From: Octopus sinensis
Taxonomy: Eukaryota
Direction of reading: 5' to 3'
Assembly: GCF_006345805.1 (NCBI RefSeq)
Contig: NC_042997.1
Coordinates: forward strand, 144,894,001 to 144,958,000
DNA length: 64,000 nt
Below are positions 12,373 through 25,858 of the stretch, in pieces. Position 1 is the stretch's first letter, and each line of letters opens with the position of its first letter. The notes below the pieces were generated by a model, which was not told where the DNA came from, did not search any database, and was given only the letters and a program-made list of their open reading frames with translations. Both the position numbers and the translations under genes were made by a program.

Positions 12373-13830
12373 ATTATTATTATTATTATTATTATTCAGT
12401 AGTCTTATTTTTATCACGTGCTTTGACTACACTACCGAGCGCAGCTCTCTATGCCTTGGATGTGCTGTAGTTTGTTGTGGTGCTCTTATTTTCACTGTAT
12501 TGACAGTGGGGTGCCTAGTGGTGCTATTTTCTGAATGTTACATATGCTTGAAAGTCCTGGTGGTTTTGTTATGTATTTGTCTGAATGTTTTCTTTTTATC
12601 ATACCTAAAATGTCTACTATAATAGGAATTGTTTCTATTTCTAAGCTCCACTTCGAGTTACCTCTATTTCCAAATCTTTGTCTTTTGAAAGTTTCTCTGT
12701 TTCTTTTAGAGAAACGTTGTCATCTGTTGGTATTGATACATCAATTAAAAAGCATTTTTTTTTCTTGGTGATCTCTGACAACTACATCCTGCTTATTAGC
12801 CTTGATTCCTCTATCTGTGAGTGTTGGTATGTCCTAGAGTATGGTTGCTTCCTAATTTTCTGTGGCTTTTATTGAGGTGTGCCCATACCAACTTAATTCT
12901 GTAGATATTCCATAGTGTTGGCATAGCGAATATATTCCCTTTTAGCCAGGACTGGGCAGCCAGAGACAATATGATTTATTGTTTCTTCTCCCTCACCACA
13001 TATTCTGTAGTTGCTTGTTATATTTTCCTTCATTACGTGTTTTTGGTAATTTCTGGTAGGAAGACTTTGATCTTGTGCTGCAATTAAAAATCCTTCAATC
13101 TCTGCTTTGAGTCCTGTGCTTCTCTGCCACTGTAGGGATTTTGCTTTGTCTATTTCTTTTCCTGTTTAGTTTAACTCAATTTTTGCTATTAAGGAGGTTT
13201 TCTTGCCATCATTTTATCATGATCAGTTACTATTCCAGTTTTAGTTTGGATTTCAGTTGTTTTACAGCTCTTGTTACTTCTTTTCTTTATAGTTGTTAGG
13301 TGTTATGATTTCTCATTTGTATTTGTCAGCTTCCTTAAAGACAGCGAACAGTTTTTTGTTTTGTTCGTGTTTTGTGGCTATTTGTATCAGTTTTCCTTGC
13401 TTCTGAAGTAGGTATTTTTGTAATCCTATGGCGGTTATTTTGTAATAGCTTTCTAGCTCTATAAGGCCTCTACCACCTTCAATACGTTGTATGTATAACC
13501 TTTCTAAGTCAGATTTTGAGTGGCGCATCTTAAATCCTGTCATTATTTTTCTTGTTTTCCTGTCTATTTTAATTAGTTCATTTAGAGTCCTATTAAGAAT
13601 ATTGTAGCTGTAACTTATAACTGGGACGGTTAGAGTGTTGATACCTATCATCTTGCTTTCCACATTGATATCTCTTTTCAGTATTAATCTAATTCATCTG
13701 TAGTATTCCTTTCTTATCTTCTCTTTCATTTCTGAGTGCTGTTTCGTATTTAGTTCATTGATTCCTAAGTATTTGTTTCACTGGCTTTGGTCCAATTCTC
13801 TTATTTCATTTGCTTTATCATTATCATTAT
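12373..13830 (-). mobile_element. 5'-truncated R4/Dong-like RLE-type non-LTR retrotransposon, degraded
   Basis: GINTLTVPVISYS..IDRKTRK..SKSDLERLYIQRIEGGRGL; zinc finger YRICGEGEETINHIVSGC (12957-13010); RLE motif KCFLIDVSIPTDDNVSLKETEKL; 3' end in (AAT)n. Confidence 0.8.
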
Positions 13831-13965
13831 TGTTGTTGTTGTTTTATTATTATTACTATTATTGTTATATAGATAAATATAAGTAAATATGTGCGTATAT
13901 ATGCATATATATACGTTATACATATATACTTAAACATTTATATATGTGTGTGTGCACACACACAA

Positions 13966-14014
<49 letters not shown>

Positions 14015-14055
14015 TAAACATATATTTATATATATATATATATTATATATATATA

Positions 14056-14144
<89 letters not shown>

Positions 14145-14171
14145 GGGTGTGTGTGATTGTGTATAGAAGAA

Positions 14172-14582
14172 TATATTGATAAAAGAAATTCCAGCCTTGT
14201 CTGATTTTCACGTTTTATTTACAATCTTATAGTGATATAAGATAATATATATAATAAAATAAAATAAAATAATCGAATGTTAAATGTTCATTCTGAATGA
14301 ACTAGTACTTTCATGCATTAAATTCTGCAATCTTCAGGTTCATGTAGTAGTGGTGACAGCATGCTTCACAATTTTTGACTGCCAAAAATTGTGAAGCATG
14401 ACTGTCACCACTACTACATGAACCTGAATATTGCAGAATTTTATGCATGAAAGTACTAGTTCATTCAGAATGAACATTTAACATTCGATTATTTTATTTT
14501 ATTTTATTATATTATATTATCTTATATCACTATAAGATTGTAAATAAAACGTGAAAATCAGACAAGGCTGGAATTCCTTTTA

Positions 14583-14590
<8 letters not shown>
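14172..14590. repeat. Near-perfect 420-bp palindrome (fold-back / MITE-like)
   Basis: Arms of about 205 bp are reverse complements with about 6 differences by eye; 5-nt loop actgc at 14378-14382. Confidence 0.95.
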
Positions 14591-14626
<36 letters not shown>

Positions 14627-16744
14627 TGCACATCTACGCACGCACTCACACACTCACACACATAAATGTATGTATATACACTTGAGAGTATTTTAAAATT
14701 TTATTCGTCTCCAACGAAAATCCGCATTGCTTACACTGTTAATTTTTCATCAACCATACTGAGTTCCACTCTAATTTTTTTTCCTGGTAGGATTCTTTCA
14801 TTTTAGCCAATATGAATATATTCTTTCTTAGATGCCGATTCTCGTAAATATTTTCAACCTTATGTAATTACAGGCTATATGTTAAAAGAATTGGCAACAC
14901 AACCGAATGATATCGTTTAATATATATTTTTTTTTACTGAGAAATGAAAAGCGAAGATCTAAAATGCTCTTCTTTGAAATGATATTTGAAAATAAGGCGA
15001 TAATTTGTGCTAAAAATAAAAGTAAGTATTAGTCACAATATTTTTGCTCCGAATCTTGTTCTTATTGCAAGGTTTCTTCGGCATACCAACAAAAGTGAGT
15101 GTTGTTACTTCGTATATAACGAAAAATATATTTGATAACGCAGACTGCGAGCGAGGGAGACAGGTAGTTGTTTTAAAAAATATAGACAGTGCTTTGAGAA
15201 GCTGCGTTTCACTGAAAATAGCTGCTGATGAAAGAAAACCACTAATCGAGCATCTGGATGATGTTAAGAGTAGTGGCTAAGTTTCCCTTAAAGTATTCCC
15301 TATGATCTTTGAAAAGAAACATTAAATAATGTGGATATGAGACGTTGAAGCACATCCGTTTAGGTGCCGCTTATTTGGCATCATTGATTTGACTTCAGCC
15401 GTTTTAATGTTTTTCTTGCTTTCTTCCACCTCTAACTGTTTTCTTTCTTCCTTTTCTTCTTCCTTCCTCTCTATCTTTCACTCTTTCTCTCCCCTCCTTT
15501 CTCTCTCCCTCTCACTCTTCCTCCCTCTGTTTTATATGTGTGGGCTTATTTTTTATATACATGAGGAGTGGGAAACGTGTCTAGGCCGTTTGTATTCAAT
15601 TTATAAATTGTAATGTCTCTCTCTTTCTTTCTCTCCTTCTTTCTCTCCTCCTTTCTCTCCTTTTTTCTCTCTCTATTTGTATGTCTATATTTGTGTGAAG
15701 CACCTTAATGCGTGTGTATCTGTGTGAGTGTGTATGTGTGCAAACGTGCGCGCGCGTCTGTTTGTGCTTTTCCTCCGGCGCCAAAAAGTACTGTAGCCAA
15801 AGCAGGTTGAATGTCCAATCAGCCGCGAGATATCGTCAGCGTCTAGGCCTATCGTTCCAGGATAATGTGATCCCAGGTGCAGAGCTTTCGGAAAAAGGAC
15901 TGTATGATCACCGTTGGAATACTTTTGATCACAGGTCTATTGAAACAGAGCTGACTCGAGGATGATAAAGCAATATGGGGAGACATTAGGGAACCCTTTA
16001 AGAGGTCACTGGACCTACTAGAATAGCAGCCAAGTCCTTGCTCAAATCACATCCTGCTATTTTAAGAAAAAGGAGGGACAAGGGATAATTCAGTCTTTTA
16101 TATGCTATTTTATGATTTTGCTTAGGCATTGAGACATTATTAACCAGTTGTTAGGACTCAGTATACTTGTGCTTAGAGTAAAGCTTCAGGAGGGTACAGA
16201 GCGTAATGTTCATTGACAAATGACAAATAAACAGGAGTTACGTAATCACCTTCATTGGATTACTGCTGTTTCTGCTATGGTAAGCAGTGCGCTCGGAGAT
16301 GAGAGCTCATGCGACATCCTTATAGCTTCCTCGGGACCTGAATTTCTGAGACGAAAAATTATCATTATTATACTCTGATACAGGGCCTAGTGTAATCACC
16401 TTGGTTGTTATAGATACATTATTTTGATTGCAGCACTCTTCGGTCTCTCTCTAGATGTTTGTTTTTGAATTTTGGAAAGAAAAACGTCGTTAGTTATTAT
16501 ACATCTGTATTGCAACTAGTTCGTTATGCTTCAACGAAAGTATATATATCTTGACCGACCCAGGGATTGAACTAACTCCCATTATCTAATGTATTTTCTA
16601 CTACACTTAAAACTTGACGCTTAACTCCTATCTTCACCATCCCATTGTACCAGGCCAACATTGAAGCTGTTCTAAAATGCTTAGTGTAGGTTGTTTGTTA
16701 CTGAGGATAATGCGAATGTTCTGATTCGGCAAATTTTAGCACGA

Positions 16745-16888
<144 letters not shown>

Positions 16889-18149
16889 CACTACGGTTAG
16901 TAGGACCCAAAGCAGAGAGGTGTCGGAAACCTGTTTCCTGGAGAATATGTTTTCAGGAACTTGTTTTCAAAAATCAGTTAGAAATGAACTTTATGTAGCA
17001 ACTCAATCTCGTGACCTCATATTGATCAATAAATTCTTTTTCTATTGAAGCGACATCCGATACAAAAGATGTATTAACAGGACATCCATTGTCGATAACA
17101 TCAAAGAGAAAAGATTCGCAAGACTCTCTAAGCATGGCTTTAATTTCGTTAGTTTTCCAAGCCTGCTCTTGGAATTGCTGAACAGTAACTTTAAGTTTAC
17201 TGCGTACTATTTTAATTTATTGTCTTTGAAATGAAGATCAAGAAACGAATTTATTCTCAATTTTATATTGGCAAAGTGATAAAATCATTTTCTTACTAGA
17301 AGCTAATTTAATTGTTGAAACTCAAAACTATTTTGGCAAGTTCAGTAGAAGCATTGTTCTTTCCTTAAAGTGCCAGTTTTAAATGTTGCAGTTGCTACCA
17401 TAATCCCGTACCCATTTGGACATTCTAGTCGAGGGCAATTCTCTTCCTTTTCCTAATTTTTCACAAAAGTAAGGATTAGTTCAAAAAGTAGAATAAACTT
17501 TTTAAAATAATACGGTAAAATGAAAGGCCTCTTGGTTTTTCTTCAAGACCCAGATCCGACAACATTTCTCAATCAACGGTGCATCTTTTACACTTCTCTG
17601 AACGAAGTTCACAGTTTCTAAAATCAAATTAATTCCAACATTAAACTGGAAGCGTTTCTTCACTAGATTTTCACTGTAGATGTGACAGTGAAAACATTGG
17701 GGGACATTTTGACGTACCAAAGCTGATGTTCCCACAGTTGTAATACTAATTTATGCAGCGGTATTTGACTATTTAACAATGTTTTGTCATACATTTTTAT
17801 ATCAAAGCCTTTGTGGTTTCCTATAAATTTATGTCCAAGAATTTCATTTATATTTCCATCATTACTTGTTTTATCTTCTTAGTTAAGAAGGAAGGCAATG
17901 CCCATTCCTCGTTACAGGGTTTCCGGGACTGATATGAGGAAGGGAGCAAGATATTCCCAAATAGGAAACCAAGCCCGAATGTTTACAACAGAGTGGACTC
18001 CACGAAATGCGACCAAGGTGCCAAATGTGGTGATGTTAAACCAGATGATTGGTTAAGTCTACCACGTAAGTGGGCTATGGCTAATTATAACTAATTGAAG
18101 GTTACTTCAAATGCTTATTGATTCAACCAATATTAAACTTTAATATACT

Positions 18150-18250
18150 CAGTACCAGTTACGCACTGGAGTCGATGAAATCGACTTAATCCCTTTGTCT
18201 GTCCTTGTTTGTCCCTTCTATATTTAGCCCCCTGTGGGCAATAAAGAAAT
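18150..18250 (+). mobile_element. 5'-truncated SINE fragment with Tx1-like tail
   Basis: gtaccagttacgcactggagtcgatg..tttgtcccttctatatttagccccctgtgggcaataaagaaat; homologous to 58050-58143. Confidence 0.75.
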
Positions 18251-19450
18251 TATTTTTTTTTTACTGTCATCAGCAAAAACAAAATTGTTCTTCAGTTGTT
18301 TGGTTGAAAGCTCTATTTTCTTGTTCTTAGTTACTCTGTTCAGTGATTTTAAACAAAAGTTTTATGATTTCAACTTATGCGAATGAAAACTTTGCTCACA
18401 GCATTACGTTATAAAATCAATGTTAAGCGTTCATTAATTCATTAATCACAATAACAAATATAATTTTTAATACCTAAAGTTTAATTACCATAAATACATT
18501 TGTTTTCTTAAATATTTCTCAAAGCTTATCACGTCGAAGAATACACTAATTAGTTATAATCCATAATATCGGCGTGTGATACTGGAGAAGAGGGACACGT
18601 ATCTAAATAACTTCAAAGACAAAACATGTCTATGATGAAATTTTCTCTCAGACAAAACCACAGTATCGTGTTTTTCAGTAGAATAATGTTATATGTACAT
18701 TTAGTATGATATGCAGATGACTACATATACACATTCCCCACCACACATACATTCATACATACATACATGCATACTTATGCATATACATGCACACCGAGAG
18801 ACACAAATAGAGGTAATATTCTAAATGGCATCAACAACAAATAAAGAAAATTTCTGACCAACTAAAACATATCTCCTACTTACAAAAATCTGACATACCG
18901 AATTTAAATGCTAGACTAAACTTTGAACTTTAACCTTTACTCTTTCAAACCAAAGAATTAAATCCAATTAAACCAACAAAAATTAAAATTAGTGACAAAT
19001 CCCATGACCAAAAAACTCTACCTACCTACATTCTTTCCAGAATTCCTAAAATCAACCTCATGACTTGAAGCTGACTAACCTAAATATATACACACTTGTT
19101 TACAAAGTTTCACATATGAGTATACTCTGAACAATAACATAACAGCAAATTTAATCAATAAAATATTCTCCATGACACCTTCCATCTCAGCCCACCCTGC
19201 AACCCAATCACCATTCACCAGAACTCCACTTACCAGAGGAAAATGTTTTAAACTCAATAGAGATTATTCCAAGCCAAGATTAACTCAAATGCATCGCAGT
19301 TTGATGATGACTTTGCTGGCCGAAACTTCGAAATCACTATCAATGCAATTCTTGTTAAAGAGAAAAAAGATTTGTTCTTTACAAAACTATGGAGTAATGC
19401 TTCAGATGAATGCAAAATTGCTTACTATTATAATCCAACATAAAACATAC

Positions 19451-19860
19451 TCTTTTTACTTGTTTCAGTCATTTGACTGCGGCCATGCTGGAGCACCGCC
19501 TTTAGTCAAGCAAATCGACCCCAGGACTTATTCTTTCTAAGCCTGGTACTTATTCTATCGGTATTTTTTTACCGGACCGCTAAGTTACGGGGACGTAAAT
19601 ACACCAGCATCAGTTGTCAAGCGATGGTGGGCGGGGGGGGGGACAAACACAGACACACAAACATATACACACACACGTATATATATATACACATATATAC
19701 GACGGTCTTCTTTCAGTTTCCAGTTACCAAATCTACTCACAAGTCTTTGGTCGGCCCGAGGCTATAGTAGAAGACACTTGCCCAAGGTGTCACGCAGTGG
19801 GACTGAACCCAGAACCATGTGGTTACTAAGCAAACTACATACCACACAACCACTCCTGCG
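19451..19860 (-). mobile_element. Full-length CORE-type SINE
   Basis: Same head, CORE and tail as 11308-11630, reverse strand. Confidence 0.85.
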
Positions 19861-21074
19861 TCTGTATGTATGTATGTATGTATGTATGTATGTATGTATG
19901 TATGTATGTATGTATGCATGTATGTATTATGTATGCGTGTATATACACACTGGTGCACAAACACGTACATGTATATCAGAGTTTTCTTCCCTGCTTTTCT
20001 TGACCAGAATAGTCAATAATGCTAATGGCTTTCCTTTATTGCAGATATAATTTTAATGCGACGCAGAGTATTAATGTTACTACCTCTCCCCACCACCCAC
20101 ACTTAATATATTCTTATGAAAGACATCATTGGATAAATTTTTCCCACGTCATAACTTAATTATGTTTCTTTAACATTAGATTAAACTGAGTTTAGAAACT
20201 TTTAGCCCATTCAGACTGTATAGAAAAAAGTTTAGACCACCTCCAACTAAATGCAGGTCAAGCTGAGTTCATGGACAAGATGAATGCTAGAAATGATGAT
20301 GCGATAAATAGAATTTCAGCTTAGGGGAGATTTTCGTTTAATAATTCGATATCCTTGAAATCACCTCACTATATAAAATGTTAACAATGGCTCCCAGGCG
20401 GCCTTTCTTTCTTTCTCTCTCTCTCTCTCTCCCAACTTTTCCCCAAACTTTTTAAAAATAAGAGACAAAAGAAAAGGAAAAATAATGATTGATAAAACAG
20501 CGAGCAATTGTGTGGTTCTAATGTGGAATTAATGCTTATAGAAATCAGATATTTCAAAACAGATGTATTTTCATTTAGATGATATTTAGAAATGTGAGCT
20601 ATTGGATAAAAATGTTTGGAACTGCTTGTTTTGTACAACCTCCACCCACCTCACACTCATTCCTTGTCGCCTTCTATTCTCATTTCTTCTGACTGTCAGA
20701 TATATTCGTTCGTTTTTTCCGACTTGGCACCCCCATCGTCATACGTCTGAAAAGAGGTAAAATTTATTCACATTTCAAAAGCAATAAACGAAGATTGAAG
20801 AGAAGAATATAATTACATAGACAATGTAAAACACGATAAAAATAAAATATGTTTCGTGTTAATTCAAATAATATTGCAGAAGATTTAAGTAAATGTGTGT
20901 GTGTGGGGAAGGTAAAGAGATACGAACGAATTTATTTGACAACCCAGAGTAAAAATCCAACACAAAATGGTTTGTTTTGACTAAATACAATGACACGATA
21001 CATTTGAGAACAAATGAAACGGGATGTTGTGATGCTTATGCTGTTCCTAATGATTGTGAAAGTCTCAAGGGAAG

Positions 21075-21300
21075 AGAAATCCTGGCTTCAAATTTTGACA
21101 CCGGGCCAGCAATTTTAAGGGAAAGAGTAAATCTGTTACATCGATCCCCAGTTTTCAGCTGGTACTTATTTTATCGACCTCTGAAGGGATGAAAGGCAAA
21201 GTCGACCCCGGCGAAATTTGAGCTCAGAACGTGATGACGGACGAAATGTCGCTAAGTATTTTGTCCGGCGTGCTAAATATTCTTCCAGCTTGCCGCCTCG
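21075..21300 (-). mobile_element. Second tRNA-derived SINE family (central motif gtcgactttgcctttcatcc..gtcgataaaataagtaccag)
   Basis: Homologous to 57916-58143, 43730-43925, 51240-51400 and 61710-61920. Confidence 0.8.
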
Positions 21301-21819
21301 GTGAAGAGAAATATTCTTATTCAAAATTTGAAACCTAGTTTTCATCAGGATTCGCCAATGTATTAGATTTAGTTGGGTTAAATGGTACAGGCATGGCTGA
21401 GTGGTTAACAGGTTATTTGCCTCGCAAGTACGAGTTCGAGTTCTGACCCATCGTGCGGCATCTTGAACATCTGTTTGTTATCTCTTGCTCGTTTAATCGA
21501 TGGGTTTAATCGAACAAATCAACCCCTGTACTTACCTTTTGTTTTTAAAGTCTGGTACTAATTCTATCAGCTTCTTTTACTGAGATATAAACTAGCACCG
21601 GTTGTCAGGCGACGGTTAGGGAACTGACATAAATGCACACACACGCACACGATGGGCTTCCACTCAGTTTCTGTCAACCAAATTCACTCATAATGTATTG
21701 TTCTGTCCGGTTTATAATAGAAGAAATTAGTCCATCCAAGATGCTGCACAGCTGGATTGAAACCGAAATCATGTTCTTCTCAGTTAATAAAAGATTTCTG
21801 AATGAAATTTGATAGTAAT

Positions 21820-22085
21820 TATTCTATCGATTTATTTTGCCGAACTGCTAAGTTACGGGGGCGCAAACACACCAACACAAAGTCTCACTGTCTCACACCA
21901 CACACACACACACATACATATATGCGATGGGTTTGTTCCAGTTTCTGTCTACCAAATCCATTCACAAGGCTTTGGTCAGCACGAGGCTATAGTAGAAAAC
22001 ACTTGCCCAAGGTGCCACACAGTGCGACTGAACCTGGAACCAAATGGCAGGAAAGCAAGCTTCTTACCACACAGCTATGCCTGTC
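21820..22085 (-). mobile_element. CORE-type SINE, partial
   Basis: CORE and head motifs on the reverse strand. Confidence 0.75.
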
Positions 22086-22774
22086 TTCGATTTTGTTAAT
22101 TGTTCAGTCGGAAGATGAGTGAGGACAGAGTCTTTAATCCTTTCCAGGGACTCCGAGGCCCGTAGAAGGGAGGAAAGAATTTATCTACAGGATAGCAACA
22201 AGGCCCGAATGACGACAGTAGAGCTTACTCCGTTGAAGACACCCATAGGTATGGTGGGTTTGCTAATCCAGAAGACAACTTAGGCATACATGTGTGCATG
22301 CGCGCGTGTTATAAAGGCGATTCATTTTCTTTTCCGCTTTAAGAATGCATTTCATTTTACATCGGTTATAAATTCCTTAGCGGTTAATTTTATTTGGTAG
22401 TTATACGTTTATTTCTGATTTTCAACCGTTATATTCTCTGAAATAAATCAATATCATACGGATGCCAACAGTTGTTTTATTTGAAAACATTTAGGTGGAG
22501 GTGACCGTTTTATAAATAGAAAAAAACTACTAACGGCAACGGACGTTGATGAAACAGTAACACACACGGCGACGACAAAGACGTCAGCGAGAAGAATGAA
22601 TAAACAACTACACCAGCTTCATAACAGCACTGCGTTGGCTAAGTATGAGAACTGACTGATCGTTAAACTAAACTTAAGTTGTTGTGAAAACCATTGACCT
22701 TTATATTTATGTTTTGGTCCTCTTCTTTTCTCTATCTAACATGTCTTAACAAGAAAACCAAATAAAGATTTATA

Positions 22775-23445
22775 GGCGCAGGAGTGGCTGAGTGGTAAGT
22801 AGCTTGCTTACTAACCACATGGTTCCGGGTTCAGTCCGACTACATGGCATCGTGGGCAAGTGTCTTCTACTATAGCCCCAAGGCCACCAAAGCCTTGTGA
22901 GTGGATTTGGTAGACGGAAACTGAAAGAAGCCCGTCGTATATATATTTATACATATATATGTATATATATATATCTGTAAAATAATATGGGACAATTATT
23001 CGGTTGCCATAATAATTGTCACATATTATATTACAGATAAATTCCTCTATTTGCATATCATCGAGGTCTCTTTCATTCTTTTGTTGTCTTACCATTACTA
23101 TTAGTATATAAATATATATATATATATATATTTATGGCAAGACAACAAAAGAATGAAGACCTCGATATTATGTAAATAGAGGAATTTATCTCTAAGTATA
23201 GGTGACAATTATTCGGTAGCCATATATGTATGTGCATCTGTGTCAGTGTTTGTCCCTCCAACATCGCTTGACAACCGATGCTGGTGCGTTTACGTCCTCG
23301 TAAGTTAGAGGTTAGGCAAAAGAGACCGATAGAATAAGTACTAGGCTGAGAAAGAATAAGTCCTGGGGTCGATTTGTTCGACTAAAAGCGGTGCTCCAGC
23401 ATAGCCGCAGTCAAATGACTGAAACGAATAAAAGGATAAAATAAT
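22775..23445 (+). mobile_element. CORE-type SINE interrupted by a fold-back insertion (about 22960-23225) in its internal TA tract
   Basis: 5' half 22775-22940 and 3' half 23225-23445 are collinear with intact copies. Confidence 0.8.
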
Positions 23446-23898
23446 AAAAGAATAAACATTTTTAAAAACAAATAACAAACCATTTAGCTATATAATATAG
23501 TTGGTCAAATGCCAACAAACAACTTGTTATAAATCCCAGCGTTACTCCAGCGAACGGTTTGGATCCGTTCAAAATAATTATCTCTTGTGCGGTTTCAGTC
23601 CCTTGTTAGAGAAGAATATTAAGATAGGTGTGTGAAACATGGATGCAGGCATAACTGTGTAGTGAAGTATAGATGCAGGGAAAATAGCATAGTTAAGCAA
23701 TTTGATTTGAAGCCATGCAACCAGTATTCACGTGGTTCCAGACACGCCCCCACCACCTTCATAGCGCAGCACATTACGTACGTGTCTATTATAAACTTGG
23801 ATTGACAAAATGCTTTCTGAGCAGAAATTGTGTTTGGTAAACGGAAACTGCACAGAAGGCCGTTATGGTAAGTGTGGATGTGTTTGTGTGTATGTGTA

Positions 23899-23947
<49 letters not shown>

Positions 23948-24806
23948 CGTGTGTGTGTGTGTGCACTTGTGCACGCGCAATGCAAAACAGAACACGTGAG
24001 TCAGTTTGGGGAATATTAACTAAATATTTAGTTACGCAATATTTCTCCTGCCTATTTCGTTTTGTATATGTACACTGTGACACACCCGATTGTGGATTCA
24101 TACTGAATAATATGCGAGTCAATAATACGAATGGGAATATACAAGGAGTTTTAAATACTGATTATTTGTCGAACAATTTTGGTTTTAAATTACTTCCTCC
24201 CTCCTCTCCCTCCCCTCTCTCTCCTCTATCGCTTTCCCTCTCTCTTTCTATATATATATAATATAAATAAAATATATATATGCATATATACATATATATA
24301 TGTACATATCTACACATATATGTTTATATATGCGTATATGGGTACAGGACGTAAAAAACGTGAACAAAATGAGAAACGAGAACACAAAAAACAAAAACAT
24401 GGAAAACGAACATTTTTTAAAACAACGAAAGAAACAAAGAAACGAGACAGGCAACATAAAGAACATCCCCTTCATCAGTTGTCCCCTGTTTTATCTACTC
24501 TGCATTTCGAACGACGAGACAAGACGCGACTTTGTTAAAACAGTCGTCCCCGCTAAGCAAATTAAGAAAAAATTGGAATTTGTAGAGTGTTAAAGTGATG
24601 ACAAAAAAAGAACAGTGTGAAGAAAACAGTAAAAACAAGCGGTAAGGGTTGTTAAGCCATAATGAGGTGAAGTGGTGAACGCATGTATATATACATATAT
24701 ATGTATATATGTAGGTATGTACATATATGTATGTATATATGCATGTATATATATATATGTATATATGCATATATATATATATATTATATATTATATATAT
24801 ATATAT

Positions 24807-24855
<49 letters not shown>

Positions 24856-25385
24856 TATTTATATTATTATTTGATCGAACTCCACGCATCCATTTCCAAG
24901 TAAGTCTTATATATATATATGCGTACAGGTATATACATACGTATGTTTATATATACATATGTATATATAGACACATATAATGAGAACAATGAACATAAAA
25001 TAACATAAAAGAAGACAAGTTGTAACAAAAGTTGATTTAACTTAAAGCTTAAAAGAAAGGAGCTTCGCCGTTTCGGACAATAGTCTTTCATCGGAAGAGT
25101 ATAAAAGAAAAATAAAGGAAGAAGCCGCAAGAGAAAAGTGGTTAGATGCAAAGACAAATGAAGAGAGTGCATAGGGGCCAGGTGGGAAGGCGATTTTATG
25201 GAAGACTTTATATACGTTTGTACACACACACATACAGACACTTATATATGCATACATATGCATACACACATGAACACGTATAAATGTGTATATATGCATA
25301 TATATATATATACATATATATACATACATACATATATATATATACATATATACATACATATATATATATATAATATATATATATC

Positions 25386-25789
25386 TTTTACTCTTTACTC
25401 TTTTACTTGTTTCAGTCATTTGACTGCGGCCATGCTGGAGCACCGCCTTAGTCGAGCAAATCGACCGGGACTTATTCTTTGTAAGCCCAGTACTTATTCT
25501 ATCGGTCTCTTTTGCCGAACCGCTAAGTGACGGGGACGTAAACACACCAGCATCGGTTGTCAAGCAATGCTAAGGGGACAAACACAGACACACAAACACA
25601 CACATACATATATATATATACATATATACGACAGGCTTCTTTCAGTTTCCGTCTACCAAATCCACTCACAAGGCATTGGTCGGCCCGGGGTTATAGCAGA
25701 AGACACTTGCCCAAGATGCCACGCAGTGGGACTGAACCCGGAACCATGTGGTTGGTTAGCAAGCTACTTACCACACAGCCACTCCTGCG

Positions 25790-25791
<2 letters not shown>
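25386..25791 (-). mobile_element. Full-length, well-preserved CORE-type SINE
   Basis: Complete head (ggcgcaggagtggctgtgtggtaagtagcttgc), CORE, CA/TA spacer and tail. Confidence 0.9.

Positions 25792-25858
<67 letters not shown>

Noticed and set aside
17050-17750. Coding-like AT-rich segment on the minus strand
   Set aside because: No recognisable motif; probably a decayed transposon but unassignable by eye.
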